DNA from: Octopus vulgaris
Lineage: Eukaryota
DNA length: 64,000 nucleotides
Assembly: GCA_951406725.2 (NCBI GenBank)
Contig: OX597836.1
Location: 49,104,001-49,168,000 of the forward strand
Direction of reading: 5' to 3'
Positions 1-14,111 of this stretch are shown here, in pieces. The translations under genes and the position numbers were made by a program. Position 1 is the stretch's first letter, and each line of letters opens with the position of its first letter. A model generated the notes under the pieces. It saw only the letters and a program-made list of their open reading frames with translations. It was not told the DNA's origin and did no database searches.

Positions 1-794
1 TTCGGTCATTGGATTGTGGCCATGCTGGGGCACCGTGTTCCAGGGATGTGAGGGGAATGATAAGTGCTGCAAGGAGTCGGTTATATAATATCCATTCGTC
101 AAGCATCACCATGATTGGGGGGGGGGGGGGGGGATTGTAGGGATTAGATTGGGAAAGAAAGGGAGTCATCACCACCACCTCCACCACCGCCATCATCATC
201 ATCATTGACAGAAGCCTTCATCACCGCCACCGTTAGATAATCATCAACAGTGTCCTTCATCACCACCGCCACCGCCACCACCATCATTACCATTAGTCTT
301 CATCTTCTCTCTCTACCTCCACCTCCACCTCCTCCACCTCCTCTTCGTTGTTGTCATCATCATCATCAGCGTCAGCATCATCGTCAAATCACGTCACACA
401 CCACCGCCGCCACCGCCACCGCCGCCACCACCAGCGCCTCTCTGCTCCCCGTCACTGCTGCCCCCGTCACTCTTGTCATAATTATTCTCAACAGCGCCGC
501 CGCCGCCGCCGCCGTCACAGCCACCACATTATCACCACCACCACCACCACCACAACCACCACAGCTGTGTCCACCACCACCACCACCCATGCTACCGCCA
601 ACACTGCAAACATCAAAGTGATTTCCCAGCAAATTTAAGAGCTGCGATCTGAGATCAAAGATTATGTCACCGGCCAACCAGCCAACCAGCCAACCGACCG
701 ATCGACCATCCGCCACCCGTTTTCCACCCGGCTTCCACCATCGCATATTTCTTGTTTTATGTAATCTAGTACACGAGGAAATACCTCTGTCATT

Positions 795-852
<58 letters not shown>

Positions 853-989
853 TCTGATCAGGCGAGAGTTAAACGCAATTTGCTCGAACGGCTAACAATT
901 TCCTTCACACTCATGAGATCCCGGTTTCGAGTCCGTTCCTTGCTAATTTCATCAAATGGATCTTTTTCGCCTTCCCGCCTCCTCCTTCC

Positions 990-1030
<41 letters not shown>

Positions 1031-2052
1031 TTTCTTTTACAATTCTTTCCTTATCTTCTTTCCTCCTGGAGGGAAATTCGGTGTAGTTATGGGGAGGGGA
1101 GGGGTAGTCTGATTACACAATATCACAAATAACAACAATCAACTCCTTGTAACGGGATCTCGGTCGGTTTCGACGATGATCATTCAGTTATTGAACTAAC
1201 TTAAACGAAATACGTTTACTTTTCTCTAACAAAGAATTCCCCCAACCAGAATTCCACGAACCCTAAATTTTCGTGAGAGGTCGCTAGTGGTTCCGTGTGT
1301 TGCCAGAAACAGCCAAAAATACCTGCCACTGTAGGTTCAGCTCAATGGTTCTCAAATGGAGTCCACCAAGGCCTTTGAGGGTCCGTATACGATTTTGTTG
1401 TTAAAATTTATGTGTAATAAACTTCTACAAACACAAAATACTTAAACAGTTTTTTCCCCCATCCTTTCGGGGTCGGTAAAATAAATAGCAGTTGGGCACT
1501 GGGGTTGATGTAAGACGCCCAGCTCCTCTAAAATTACTCCCGTTCTGTCAAAATTAAAAACAATTGTATCCAAACGATAGTTTCGTAATTTGGTGATCGA
1601 AAGTTCGAAATGATAATGAAGATAAAAACTAGAAAAGTAATCGACTGCTTAATTGGTCGTTCGATCCGACAATCAGTGAATTGGTTTGTCAGACTTGCTT
1701 GGAGACAACTGAAAGGACATACCTGGGGTACCGAGGTTACGTCATTGATAAGTGGGGTACCGAGGGCACGTCTCAAAGGACAGAGAGAAAAAGACTCGGA
1801 CAAACTGATCGATTGAGTGGTCGATTGACTGGTTAATCAATCAACCGGCCACTTAACTGGTTCGATGGTTAATTAGTTTAACCAGTTTTAATTAAGAGAA
1901 ATGAAATAGAATCAACCCGTATGCTTTTTGTGGGCAAAATGGTTCTTCCGGCAAACGGCATCTGTTTCAACACCTTACATCAAGACTCGAAAAGAAATAC
2001 AAAAATCATGTGTGTGTGCGTGTGTATAGATAAATGGATAGATAGATGAATA

Positions 2053-2112
<60 letters not shown>

Positions 2113-2191
2113 GCATAAACATATATATGCATACATACATATATATATATACACACATACATATATATATGCATACATACATATATATAAA

Positions 2192-2245
<54 letters not shown>

Positions 2246-2400
2246 TATAAATATATACATATATATATATATATACATATACACACACACATATATATAG
2301 AGAGACGTTGTATTTTGAAAGCTTTTGAACTAATCAAGATAAAATAATGTTACGTAACAAACCAAATTGAACTCTGCTCATCATCATCAGCAGCAGCATC

Positions 2401-2479
<79 letters not shown>

Positions 2480-2940
2480 ACACACACACACACGTGTCTC
2501 TGTACAAACATTCCGTGCCGTTCCGTGCCGTTCCGTGCTGTTTCGGCCTACTTAGAATAGATCGCGTTATTTACTTTATCACCTCGGCAACTACTAAAAC
2601 AACCCGCTCTACCACCACCACCACCACCACCACTGCCTCCGTCATCACCGTCTCCACCACGGTTCCTACCCCCACCCCCCAATGCTACCTCTTCTTCTAC
2701 CACTCTCCCCACCATCTCCATCGCTATCATCACTATCACCCCCACCCAAACAAAATGGCCCCTGCCTCTATCACTACCACCACCATCATCCCCACCATGA
2801 CATCAGGTGAACGAAGGACCTTCATATGGCGGTCGGGTGGGAGCTCGCTCGATCTGCTCTAAAATCAGCCACCCACCTTATGCCCCCCCCCCCCATCCTC
2901 TTCATTAGGAGCGTAACACAATGTTAGTGGCCATCTCTAA

Positions 2941-2954
2941 CCACCAGAGGGCGG
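2941..2954 (+). promoter_or_regulatory. Candidate CTCF-binding motif
   Basis: CCACCAGAGGGCGG closely matches the CTCF core consensus CCACCAGRKGGCR; motif match only. Confidence 0.35.
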
Positions 2955-3036
2955 TAAAATCGACATTGTTAAACTTTTCTTCTTCTCTATTGACCTGTTG
3001 AACAGTTGCAAGTGGTCGGCTGCAAGAAAGACGTGT

Positions 3037-3104
3037 GCAGGGAGACAAGATGGCCGATGCAGGGAGACAAGATGGCCGATGCAGGGAGACAAGGTGGCCG
3101 ATGC
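3037..3104. repeat. 22-bp minisatellite, 3 copies
   Basis: GCAGGGAGACAAGATGGCCGAT x2 plus a third copy with one substitution. Confidence 0.9.
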
Positions 3105-4836
3105 TGTATGGAGAAAGACTTTAATGGAATGCTTGGGATAGGCCCCACAAACGGGAGAGACATGATGGGGAATGTGGGGAGGGAATCGAATGACCAGCTG
3201 AGTGGAGTTTGCTTGCTCATTTTGGACAGTGCCAGGGTCGTTGAAGAAAAAATATATATGTAGAATTTTAGAACGGGGTCTTCTTTCTTTCGTCATCCTT
3301 TGACCATCCATTCACCCTTCAGATTTTTGTGAGGTATTGCAGAGTTTTATTCTGCCACTTATCGCAATAACCTGTAGCGTTAGAATTATTGAGCTGTGTT
3401 TTCTTTTCTTCTTTGAGTTCAGCTCTACTTTGACTGACGAACGTTGTTCCATATCCTACAGCTTCAGTAACAACCGGTACGACGCCTAACGTGTGCTTAA
3501 GGTACGGATTATGTGGACTCGTCATCAATAATCCAAAGAAATCGCTTTCCTTCTCTATCAATATTCAAAGGAACAGCTGTCCTCCGCAACGGAACAGGTT
3601 TAATTTCCATCATTATTGATTCCATCTATCGATCTCAATACGTTTATTTTTGTTGTTATTTTGTTACTTATCCTTCCCTAGTCTATTCCAGATTGTTCTG
3701 GTTACCACGTCATCTCTTACGTGAGGGTAAACATCCAGACTACATTTTGGGTCAGATGACACCTTCTGTCTTTTGCATACAAGTTACGTGGTGAGTTTTT
3801 TTTTCCCCTCCAAGAATGCATGGAGGCACCCTGCAACATTTAGATCTCTTTATTCCAAGCTAGCCTTTTACCGGGGTTTATTCTCTCTATGGCTTCTTCC
3901 TGCCTCAACCCATACAAGTCTCCTACAACGCTTGAAACTCTTTTCCCCAAGCCTGCTGCTCGATTATTGCCTCCATAATCCATACTTATTGTTTCAATTA
4001 TCCATGTTCATACAACCTTCTCAGCAAACTTGTCTATTGTTGTTGTAATCTTAAGTAGGATTTTCCAATGTTCCTTTCAATTAGATCTCTATCAGATTAT
4101 ATTTCACATCTCCCCCCCCCAATTCATTAATTAACCTAATGAGGGTTTTATTTTACTTCGAGCAGACCTGAGCGAGGGAGTCGCTCGGTTGGCTTTTTTC
4201 TTATTTTTTATTTTTCTCTGCTGGGAAACGCTGCTTTGCTTTTACAATCCACGCTTAATAGGATTATTAATATGAATATGTATATGTGTGCGTGCATGTA
4301 TCCTTGTATGTATATGTTTGTGCGTGTATATATATATATATATATATACGTGTGTGTGTGTGTGTGTGTGTAAGTATACTTCAATACATATCTATATGCA
4401 CACTCACACACACTTAGGTAATTACGTCATACCTGTCCCTCTTCATCTCTCCATCCTACCCTTTACCCTCTTCCCTCCATATAACCATCTTTCTCTTCTT
4501 CTTTCTCTCCCATTGCGCTATATTTACCCACTTTCTTTCCTTCCCCCTACTTCCCCCCCTCTCTCTCTCTTTCTCTTCTCCAGAAGGCTTCCTTAGATCT
4601 CCTTCTCTCTTTCCTTTCGCACATCAATGTATTTGTTGTTATTACTAACTACTCCCCCCACACACACACACACACGCCTCTCCGCCTCCACCTCTCCGTC
4701 CCTCACACACAGGCGTCATCCCAGGCCAACATAAACAACCTCATTCCACACTTGCACTCACTCTACAAACAGACAGACCCAGAACACACATCCTCCAATG
4801 GGAGGGGGGTCACCTCTACCTAACCTACTTCAACAG

Positions 4837-4867
<31 letters not shown>

Positions 4868-5849
4868 ACATATCCTGTGCCCTCCTTCCCTACTCATTAG
4901 CAACATACAATTAAAACCCCGAATATACAAACCTCGGTTGATCTTCCGTGGCTCTCATCGCTTATATAACATACCAAGCACCTGGACCGAGTCTTTTCTG
5001 GTTTCATAACTTAAGACTCAGATTTAGGTCTTTTCATGACTCCACCCGCTAGGACTTCTCATAAGGCTGGACCTTAACCCACGGCTTATAAATGACTGAG
5101 CTTGTAACCCCACCGGCGCCAGTCCCAGGTGGATCTCGTTCACGGCTGAGTGCATTTGAACTAATGAGAAATGAAGTGTTTTGCTCAAGAAAGCAACGCA
5201 CCGCCCACTCAGGGAATGGAAACCTCGATCTTATAATCATGAGAATAATACATTAAACACTTGGTTCCGTGGCTTGGCCACGGCTCAGTAGGACTCAAAA
5301 GAAATACAGCCATAAGAATTCATTCATCCAGAGAAGGGCAATTCGAGTGTGGACGAGAGGCTGGGCATCCTTCAGCTTCAGATCCACGCTTCTCTCATTA
5401 TCTTTTCCATCACTTCTATAACGGCCATATATTCTTGGGGCTGGCTGGTCCTCTACCTTCTCTTCTCAGACATACTCATTCATCTCTTCACCTCCCGTCG
5501 CTTTTGTTCTTTCCGATCTCCTTCCAACTCGATATTAACCCATTCCTTTCTTCTCCGGGACATCATCCCACTGGAATCTGCTCTTGCTGATGTCTTTCCT
5601 GCTGGTATTGACTTGTAACTATTTAGAAGACGGCACATTAACAACATCGACCCATTTGAGGGTCATCAAGGATATGGGCTAAGACCATTTCTTCAGGCAC
5701 AACAAGTGAACATATCAAGAAATAAATAAAACTTCAGTGACCAATTCCTTTTAAGGAAATTACCACAAAAGGTCACATGACCTATGACCGCCTTCTTCAG
5801 AAACTTCACCTCCGTTTAAAATTTCGGTCACCAGCTAAGAACATAAATG

Positions 5850-5940
<91 letters not shown>

Positions 5941-5961
5941 ATGTATGTATGTATATGTAAA

Positions 5962-6283
5962 GGGCAAAGACCCCTTTCGGTCGTGAATGACCATGGGATT
6001 GCACCCTTCCGAAGCACAAGCCGGAGCAAAGTTCTTTATAGAAGACCAGGGGTCACCCATGCATACCAGCCTCTTCTCTCCACGCCATTAATGTTATCCA
6101 AGGGAAAGGCAAAGGTCGATACAGCAGTGACGTCACCACAACTCATTTCTACAGCTGAACGAGCCGGGGCGACGTGAAATAAAGTGTCTTGCTCAAGAAC
6201 ACAACACACAGCCCGGTCCAGGAATTGAACTCACCACCTTTTGAATGTTAGCCAGACGCTCAATCCTGTGAGCCATGTGCCTT
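5962..6283 (-). mobile_element. tRNA-derived SINE (family C, CORE-like central segment)
   Basis: Minus strand has A-box-like TGGCTCA, B-box GAGTTCAATTCC, then TTGAGCAAGACACTTTATTTCACG...CAGCTGTAGAAATGAG; the same body recurs at 34685-34880 and 57925-57985. Confidence 0.75.
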
Positions 6284-6846
6284 CACACACACACACAAAC
6301 ACACACACACACACACACGCACACACACACACACACATAACTGAAATAATATGACAGAGGAATCCTCTAACACATCTGGATGCGTTACAGTTGTTTCTGT
6401 GCCAACTCTGTAATTTCAGTTTACGTAATATCTGCAGTTTTAGACTTTTTAAGTGGCACTTCAACAGACTTGCATCAAAGGTGCGCTCTTACGTTGTGCC
6501 TCTTCCGGACAAGACTGGACACAGCTGCAAGTAATATATGCAATTGTGTGAGTGGGTATTAGCCGCAGCTGTGTCCAGTCTTGTCCGGGTTGGCAGAAAG
6601 TGTCAGAGAACGTCACATAGTCTATGACGACCTTCCCCTTCAAAAGATGTATCCCCATGCAACATTGTCTAAGGGTGTTTGTATGTATGTATGTATGCAT
6701 GTACGTATGTATGTATGTATGTATGTATGTATATTGCTGTATTTCAGGATGGTTATTTTTTTGTTTTTCTGCCAAATAAACACATGCACTATACATTCGT
6801 TCTTCAATCGTTTATTACTGTTCTTATTATTTTACTTCATGTCCTT

Positions 6847-6891
6847 TGTCCGGAAATCTTTCGTCACACATCTGTGACCTCTTCAGCGACA
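6847..6891 (-). ncRNA. Type I hammerhead ribozyme motif (copy 1 of the duplicated fold-back)
   Basis: UGUCG-CUGAAGA-G-GUCACA/GAUG/UGUGAC-GAAA-G-AU-U-UC-CGGACA: intact core, 6-bp helix II, minimal helix III, helix I with one bulge. Confidence 0.6.
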
Positions 6892-7197
6892 CTTTCCAGT
6901 TTCGTGTGTGCTCTTGCTCTGCTCAATCCAGAGAATGGATTTTCCGGACAATGGAAATGAGTTAGAATAAGAAGTGTAATATACGAAATAATCACGATTG
7001 GATATTAACAATCGAAACTGATCGGTACATAGGTAATCGTGATTATTTCGTATATTTTCATTTGTCTTGCTTATTTTTAACACTTTGGTTGGTGCTGAGT
7101 CTTTATTTGAGAACACGTTCTTCGTGGAAAATAGCGATTTTGACGTCTATATCTAGCATGTTGACCGTCCACTTTTAGTGGTCAGTCCTTTAAATTT

Positions 7198-7259
<62 letters not shown>

Positions 7260-7262
<3 letters not shown>

Positions 7263-7410
7263 GATGGGCTTCTTTCATTTTCCGTCTACCAGATCCACTC
7301 ACAAGGCTCTGGTCGGCCCAAGGCTTTAGTAGAAGACACTTGCCCAAAGTGTCACGCAGTGGGACTGAACCTGGAACCATGTGATCGAGAAGTAAGCTTC
7401 TTACCACACA
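7260..7410 (-). mobile_element. 5' part of SINE family A
   Basis: Reverse complement of the head of the full copy at 61459-61860. Confidence 0.8.
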
Positions 7411-7576
7411 AATACTCCGGTATATATATATATATATTTTGCCAAATAAACACACACACACACTATATATTCGTTCCTTACTCGTTTATTACACTTCTTA
7501 TTCTAACTCATGTCCATTGTCCGGAAAATCCATTCTCTGGATTGAGCAGAGCAAGAGCACACACGAAACTGGAAAG

Positions 7577-7621
7577 TGTCGCTGAAGAGGTCACAGATGT
7601 GTGACGAAAGATTTCCGGACA
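7577..7621 (+). ncRNA. Type I hammerhead ribozyme motif (copy 2)
   Basis: Same motif as 6847-6891 on the opposite strand: CTGAAGA 7582-7588, GAAA 7606-7609, predicted cleavage after C7615. Confidence 0.6.
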
Positions 7622-7736
7622 AAGGACATGAAGTAGAATAATAAGAACAGTAATAAACGATTGAAGAACGAATGTATAGTGCATGTGTTTATTTGGCAGA
7701 AAAACAAAAAAATAACCATCCTGAAATACAGCAATA

Positions 7737-8039
7737 TACACACACACACACACACACACATACATACATACATACATACATACATACATACATACATACA
7801 TACATACGCATACATACATACATACATACATACATACATACATGCATACATACATACATACATACATACATACATACATACATACATACATACATACATA
7901 CATACGTACATACGTACATACATACATACATACGCACATACATACATACATACATACATACATACATGCATACATACATACACACATACATACATACATA
8001 CATACATACATACATACATACATACATACATACATACAT
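7737..8039. repeat. (CA)n/(TACA)n microsatellite
   Basis: Directly visible; similar arrays at 38265-38728, 39330-39470, 40590-40850 and 60360-60470. Confidence 0.95.
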
Positions 8040-9084
8040 CTGTATTGCAGCCGGGCGCACGCCCAATTTTAACATGTCTGTCACGACATCCTCTTCTTTA
8101 AGATGGCAGGTGCACAAGTCGACCGTCATTTCCGCCCATTGACATTCTCTTTGTAATATTTTTAACTTCATTCTACTTATTTTTCATTTCAAATTCCAGC
8201 GAGTTACAATTTAATTTCTTTCATCAACGATTAATTATTTCAATCTTATTAGCGCCTTCCAGGATCCACAATATTAAATAAATACCAGTCAGCTTCTGGG
8301 GTGTCGACTTGATCGACTCGACCTGTTTGCCACCAACCAAATTTCTAGTCCGTTCTATTGTGTATGAGAACGTTGCCTCCCGTGCGAAGAAACGAACTTA
8401 CACGAACAGCAAGTAAACTTCCTGTCACATGTCTTTCGTTATTTCTTCAACTTTGAGAAACTAACGTATTTGATGCCAGACGCAGGGTTATACACGACGC
8501 ACCCCAAGTTCAGCAGCTCTTATTCAGGGGAAAAAGTTTTTAGGGCATAAAATTGTGTATTTTAGGCCCAACTTTGCATATAAGACCCGACGCGATTTCC
8601 TGAGAATTTCTTTTCTTGTTTTTATTTTTTTTTTTTTTTGGAGAAAGGGACATCTTAAATGGCGTCTGATACGATGGATCATGAATTGAGAGTTTAACAT
8701 TTCTTAAAGCACGAACATATAACAACCGAGTGTGTAGAGGACGCGTACTCGACAAAGGTATAAAACCTGGGTCTACTTGATGGACACGGCGTACCCACCA
8801 AAACATAGTCAGCTGGTCATTTCGTAATGATATGATAATAACCATTGATCATAAATAGGGGTCATAGATTATGACAGAGAACTGGCAAATGAGAGCGGGG
8901 GAAGAAAACTAAACGAATCGGGGGGGGGGGGGGAGTGACACTCCACCAATCCCTGCGCTTTCCAACATCGTTAAATTGTGTAAATTGAAAATTCTTTAAG
9001 CCAGATCAATTTTTTTTTTCTTATAAGAATACCATTCTTCCTATTTTTCACAGAAAGCCAGCAACTATGAGGGGAGGGTGCCAG

Positions 9085-9268
9085 GCGATTCAAATATTCG
9101 ACTGGTATTTATGTTATCGAACCCGAAAGGTTGAAAGGCAAATTCGACTTCAGTGGTATTTCAGCTCAGAACGTAAAGAGCCGGAAGAAATGCCACTCAG
9201 CGTTTTGTCCGGCGTGCTAACGGTTCTGTCAGCTCACCATCCCTTCTGTAATAATAATAATTATAATA

Positions 9269-9300
<32 letters not shown>

Positions 9301-9543
9301 CCTTTCTACTATACGCACAAGGCCTGGATTTTCTAGGAAGTGAGTGCAGTCGTTCACATCGATCCCAGTGTTTCACTGGTACTTAATTTATCGACCCCGA
9401 AAGGATAAAAGGCAAAGTCGACCTCAGGGGAATTTGAACTCAGAATGTAGCGACGGGCGAAATACCTCTAAGCATTTCGTCCAGCGCGCTAACCACTCTG
9501 CCAGCTCACTGTTTTTTGTTTGTTTGGTTGTTTTTTTTACTTA

Positions 9544-9578
<35 letters not shown>

Positions 9579-10154
9579 AATAATGATAATAATAATAAAT
9601 GCCCTGATGCAGTACCAGGCAGTGGCTCTCATGGCTTCTGATCTTAACTGATTGGAAGTGTTATCATGTACATTGTTTTGTCTTGGTATAAAAGATGGGC
9701 TACAGCAAATATTCTGCTCAATACCACAGATTTGCTTGTCAGTTGTTTGACCTTAACCAGTTGAGCATGTCCCTTAGTGGCTGACGATATGTGCATCTCT
9801 GATCACGAGCAGAAGTAGTGGGGAAGCATCATGGCCATGTGTTGGGGGGGATTCTTTGGGGTTTGAATAATTCACCTCTGGAAACATGGGTGGTTCTTTC
9901 AACATCCTTAAACAACCCTTATTCAGAGACCTTTTAAGCGGGATGGGCTATTCAACCTGAAGAAAATTCTAACTGGGCCCCACCTGCAAGGTCATGTGCT
10001 GTTTATCTTGATATGAGATCACCATGTCGCGCACATATGGTTATGATGCATGTGCCTGGTGTACCCTTATCAGACTGGTAGTCATGATGGGTATATTGGG
10101 CTTCGTATATTTTACCCCAGTGTCACTTTGATGGCATGCACTGCTCTCTCACTC

Positions 10155-10212
<58 letters not shown>

Positions 10213-10820
10213 GGCCTGAAATTTTAAAGGAAAGAATTAGCTGATTACATCGACCCCCAGTATCCAAAAAGATTGACCCCCCCCCACCACCAAGGATGAA
10301 AGGCAAAGTCGACCTCTGTGAAATGTAAAAACAGATGCAATGATCACAAAGTAATTGGTCGAAGAATGCTTTAACGATTCTGCCAGCTCATGGCATTAAT
10401 AACAATAATGATAATAATAATCCTTTCTACTCTAGACACAATGGCCTGGAATTCTTTGGTGAGGAGGGGGAGATGGGTCGATTACATCGATTGCACTGTT
10501 CAACCGGATCTTGTTTCATTGACCCCGAAATGATGAAAGGTATAGTCAACCCCTGCAGAAATTGAACTCAGAACGTAGAGACGGATTAAATACCTATTTC
10601 TTTACTACCCACAAGGGGCTAAACACAGAGGGGACAAACAAGGACAGACAAACGGAGTAAGTCGATTATATCGACTCCAGTGAGTAACTGGTATTTATTC
10701 AATCGACCCCGAAAGGATGAAAGGTAAAGTCGACCTCGGCGGAATTTGAACTCGGAACGTGGCGGCAGACGAAATACCGCTAAGCATTTCGTCCGGCCGG
10801 TTAACGACTCTGCCAGCTCA
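9085..10820 (-). mobile_element. Cluster of about 5 copies of tRNA-derived SINE family B, separated by (AAT)n
   Basis: Copies at about 9085-9240, 9340-9508, 10235-10392, 10475-10585 and 10600-10820 share the minus-strand motif GAGCTGGCAGA..CGTTA...GAGTTCAAATTCCGCCGAGGTCGACTTT.CCTTTCATCCTTTCGGGGTCGA. Confidence 0.8.
9598..10155 (+). mobile_element. Non-autonomous TAA-array-associated element (full copy)
   Basis: About 560 bp flanked on both sides by (AAT)n, ending CTCTCTCACTCAATAATAAT; homologous copies at 16605-17141 (-) and 22912-23250 (-). Confidence 0.8.
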
Positions 10821-11328
10821 AATAATCTAAAAATTATTTCGTTATATTTCTCATGCTGCATCATCAAACAAGTTCTGTAATCTGCTGCTCGGGTGTTTTC
10901 TAATCTAATAATACAGAGTCCGAAACCAAGATTAAATCAGGTTTTTGTCTTGAAGTTACATTTATGTGACAAGGGCTTGCTGGGCACTGTGGTACGGTGG
11001 AGTAAACAACAATAGCCGTATACCTCTAGAACTGACCACCCCTCTTGACTGGTTGCTCTTTACATTATCGATGTCTCAGTCTATGTTCAATACACTTGTG
11101 GCGATTTTGATTCATTTATTTATTACCCTTCGGTGATGATCAGTGTCTACCAATGGGTGATCGGATCTATCGATTTGCGCTTGGGGGGTCGGGTGGAGAG
11201 AGGATGAAAAACAGGCACTTCTATGTACCCCGGTGCTAGTACTTGTTCTATAGACCCTCATCACCGCAAGCACATCATCATCATCATCATCATCGTCAAC
11301 AGCAGTATTTTAACATCAATATTTTCTG

Positions 11329-11385
<57 letters not shown>

Positions 11386-14111
11386 ACTTCCTTCCCGTTT
11401 CTCTCTCTCTTTCCTTCTCTTCCTTTCTCTCTCCCTCACACACACTAAAAGTTTGGTCGTCTCTCACAAACGCGTTTTACCTGGTAGCTTGTACCTCCTC
11501 CTCCTCCTCCTCCTTCTCATTATCAACACCATCGCCATCAACAACTTTTTCTATCTTTTATGCCCTTTCTCTCTCTCTCTCTCTCTTTCTCTCACTCTCA
11601 TCTCCTTCTCGCTTTTTCATCCCCCCTCTCTCTCTCTCTCTGCCTCTTTCTTTCTCTTTTCTCTCATACAAACTGAAACCCTCGGCCAGTCAACAGCTTG
11701 TAGCATTGTACCGTGCTTTCGCTAACTGTTATAGGTGCCTGTGATATTGTCACGAGCAGACGCAGACACCCTTCCCTCGTCCTCCCCCACTTTCACCCCA
11801 CAGTTCACTCATGAGGAGAGAGTGAGGCGGAGGCTGCGCCAGTATTCGGCTGAAGAGGATGAATCAGTTTGGAGTGAAGAGCCTTGCTCAAGGGCACAGT
11901 GCGCTGCTCGGTGCAGTGATCGAACCCACGACCTTATAACCGTTGGCCCAACAATCTAACCATTGGCCAATAGAGACATCCGAACCCAGATGCATATGCA
12001 CGCCATCATGTCCCTATACTCTCTCCCTCTCTCTTCCCTTCTTTCTGTCTCTCTTTCTGTACTCCCCCCCCCATTTGTATCAAATACCCAAAGCTTGGCT
12101 CGTTTTACTTTTATAAAACTTATTTTATTCAAATCTCCCTCTTTTCTCTTTGCCTCTTTTTCTCTCCTTCTTACACACACACACACACAAGCGTACATAC
12201 ACACACAGACATAAATTCAAGCAGGCTCTTCCCCGCCACCACCCTCTCTCTCTCTCTCCAAAATGTCCACCAAGCACTCTCTTTCTAACACCATCTATGT
12301 CTCTGTCGCTCTGTCTCTCTCTCTCTTTCTCTGAACTCAATCAGGCACTCTCTTCCTCTCTTACACTCTCTTTTTATTTTTCTCTTTCTATCTCTCTTTC
12401 TCTCTCTCTCTCTTTCACACACACACATACACACTACAATAATCCGCCCAGGCTTTTACACTACCATCACCTTTATCTCTTTCTTCTTTTCTCTCTCTCT
12501 CTCTCTCTTTCTCTCTCCGCCACCACCACCACCAACACCACCACCACACTCTCACACCACCGCCACCGTCGCCATTTCTCCTCTTCTTTCTCTTTCCTTC
12601 ATTTCCTGTTGCCGCCATTAACATTTCTGCAATTAGTGTAAACATCTTTGTTAATGAGCTGTTCACATATAAACACCACGCTCGTCTTGTCATTGTTGCT
12701 GCTGCTGTTGTTAAAACTTCCATAAACACTTGTTGTTGTTCTTCTCCTTCTTGTAAACGCCGACCATGTTTATTTTTTCTGCTTTACGTTTTTCAATTCG
12801 ATTCTACCGTTTTCTTTTCCTCTTGTGGCTGTTGTTCTAAGTAGTGATGGGTGTCCTTCATTGTGAAGTACGGTATAGCAAGTACAACAAGATGGCTGAC
12901 TCGCTAAAGCAGCAGACAACACGTTTTGTCGTATATATCTGCGGTGGACTCGTGGTCGAGTCAAATTAACAACGAGCAGCAGCAACATATTGTAATGACT
13001 TGTTAATTAAGATATGGCAAATTAATTTTTTTAACAAATTCTATCAAAAGATATCTGATGAAATCGCTGAACAATCTCACGGCAGCCAGAAATTCGTGGA
13101 AACAGCGGGGGTGGGGTGGTGTTTTTGTTTTTAAGATAACTCATTTGTTTTGTGATCACAAAATGAAAGTAAAAATGTTGTCACTGTTCGACAATCTTCA
13201 GACGGCGCGCGTGTCAAATACATTTTCCCCCAACTATTTTTCGTTGTTGTTGTTGCTGTTCTTCTTCTTCTACAAATATTTCCACTAATATCAAAATTTT
13301 GGTGGTGAGGGTTGTTCTTACAGGAATGAGTTCCATGATGTTTGGAAACTCGTCCTCGATAAAATATAATTGGCAGCCATTGACTTAAGGGACACTTGGC
13401 TACTATTCGTGGAAGATCCGGTGATGTGAGAGAGCAAAAATAGATGGAAAACTCTGGGCCGCGTATAGATTAGAAGCCGCCAGCTGAGATGTATCTTGCT
13501 AAAAATCTGTTTGACAAAATATTCGTTTGAGGGTTTAAGGATCCAACAGTAATTTGATGGGTTACAAACGAGAGTTTGTAAACTTAAAGAGAAAATATTT
13601 CTCTCGACACGAATGTGGAGCTTTGCAGATTCTTGCGTTGTTCACCCCGGGTTCCTTCTTAGTTTTTCGACCCCTTATCGTAAAGACACCATCCCTGTTG
13701 CTCGGTGGTTTTCAAACTGACAAATATCTGCTCTTACCTTTCATAAAATACATTCGAGAACATGTTTACCACCAACCCACCTTTGCTAATTAGAATTCGT
13801 GTTGCTTTGTTTTTTGACAAGGTTTCAAAATTTAAACCCTGTTTATTTTATTAAATACCAGCAAGTAGTCTGCACCCCCATATTTACAATCCCCAAAGGC
13901 ACCCCCACCTCCCAGCTCCACTCTTACCTCTGTCCCATGAGGATCACTACCTTAATTTGATTGATATTGTTGTATTAGTGATATTTTGTTCATAAAGTAG
14001 CCTTGTAGACAATAGTGCTGTTAATCTTGTTGTTGCTGTTGATGATGATGGTGTGTCAGTGATGCTTTGTAGCTTTGTTGTTGTTAACGACGTTGTTGTT
14101 GGTGTTGGTGT

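Noticed and set aside
3037-3104. Direct repeats as a possible CRISPR-like array
   Set aside because: No unique spacers; a simple tandem repeat in eukaryotic DNA
3319-3561. 80-aa ORF ending WQNKTLQYL, faintly like R4/Dong 'W..K.LHG.Y'
   Set aside because: No further RT or RLE motifs could be traced in the flanks
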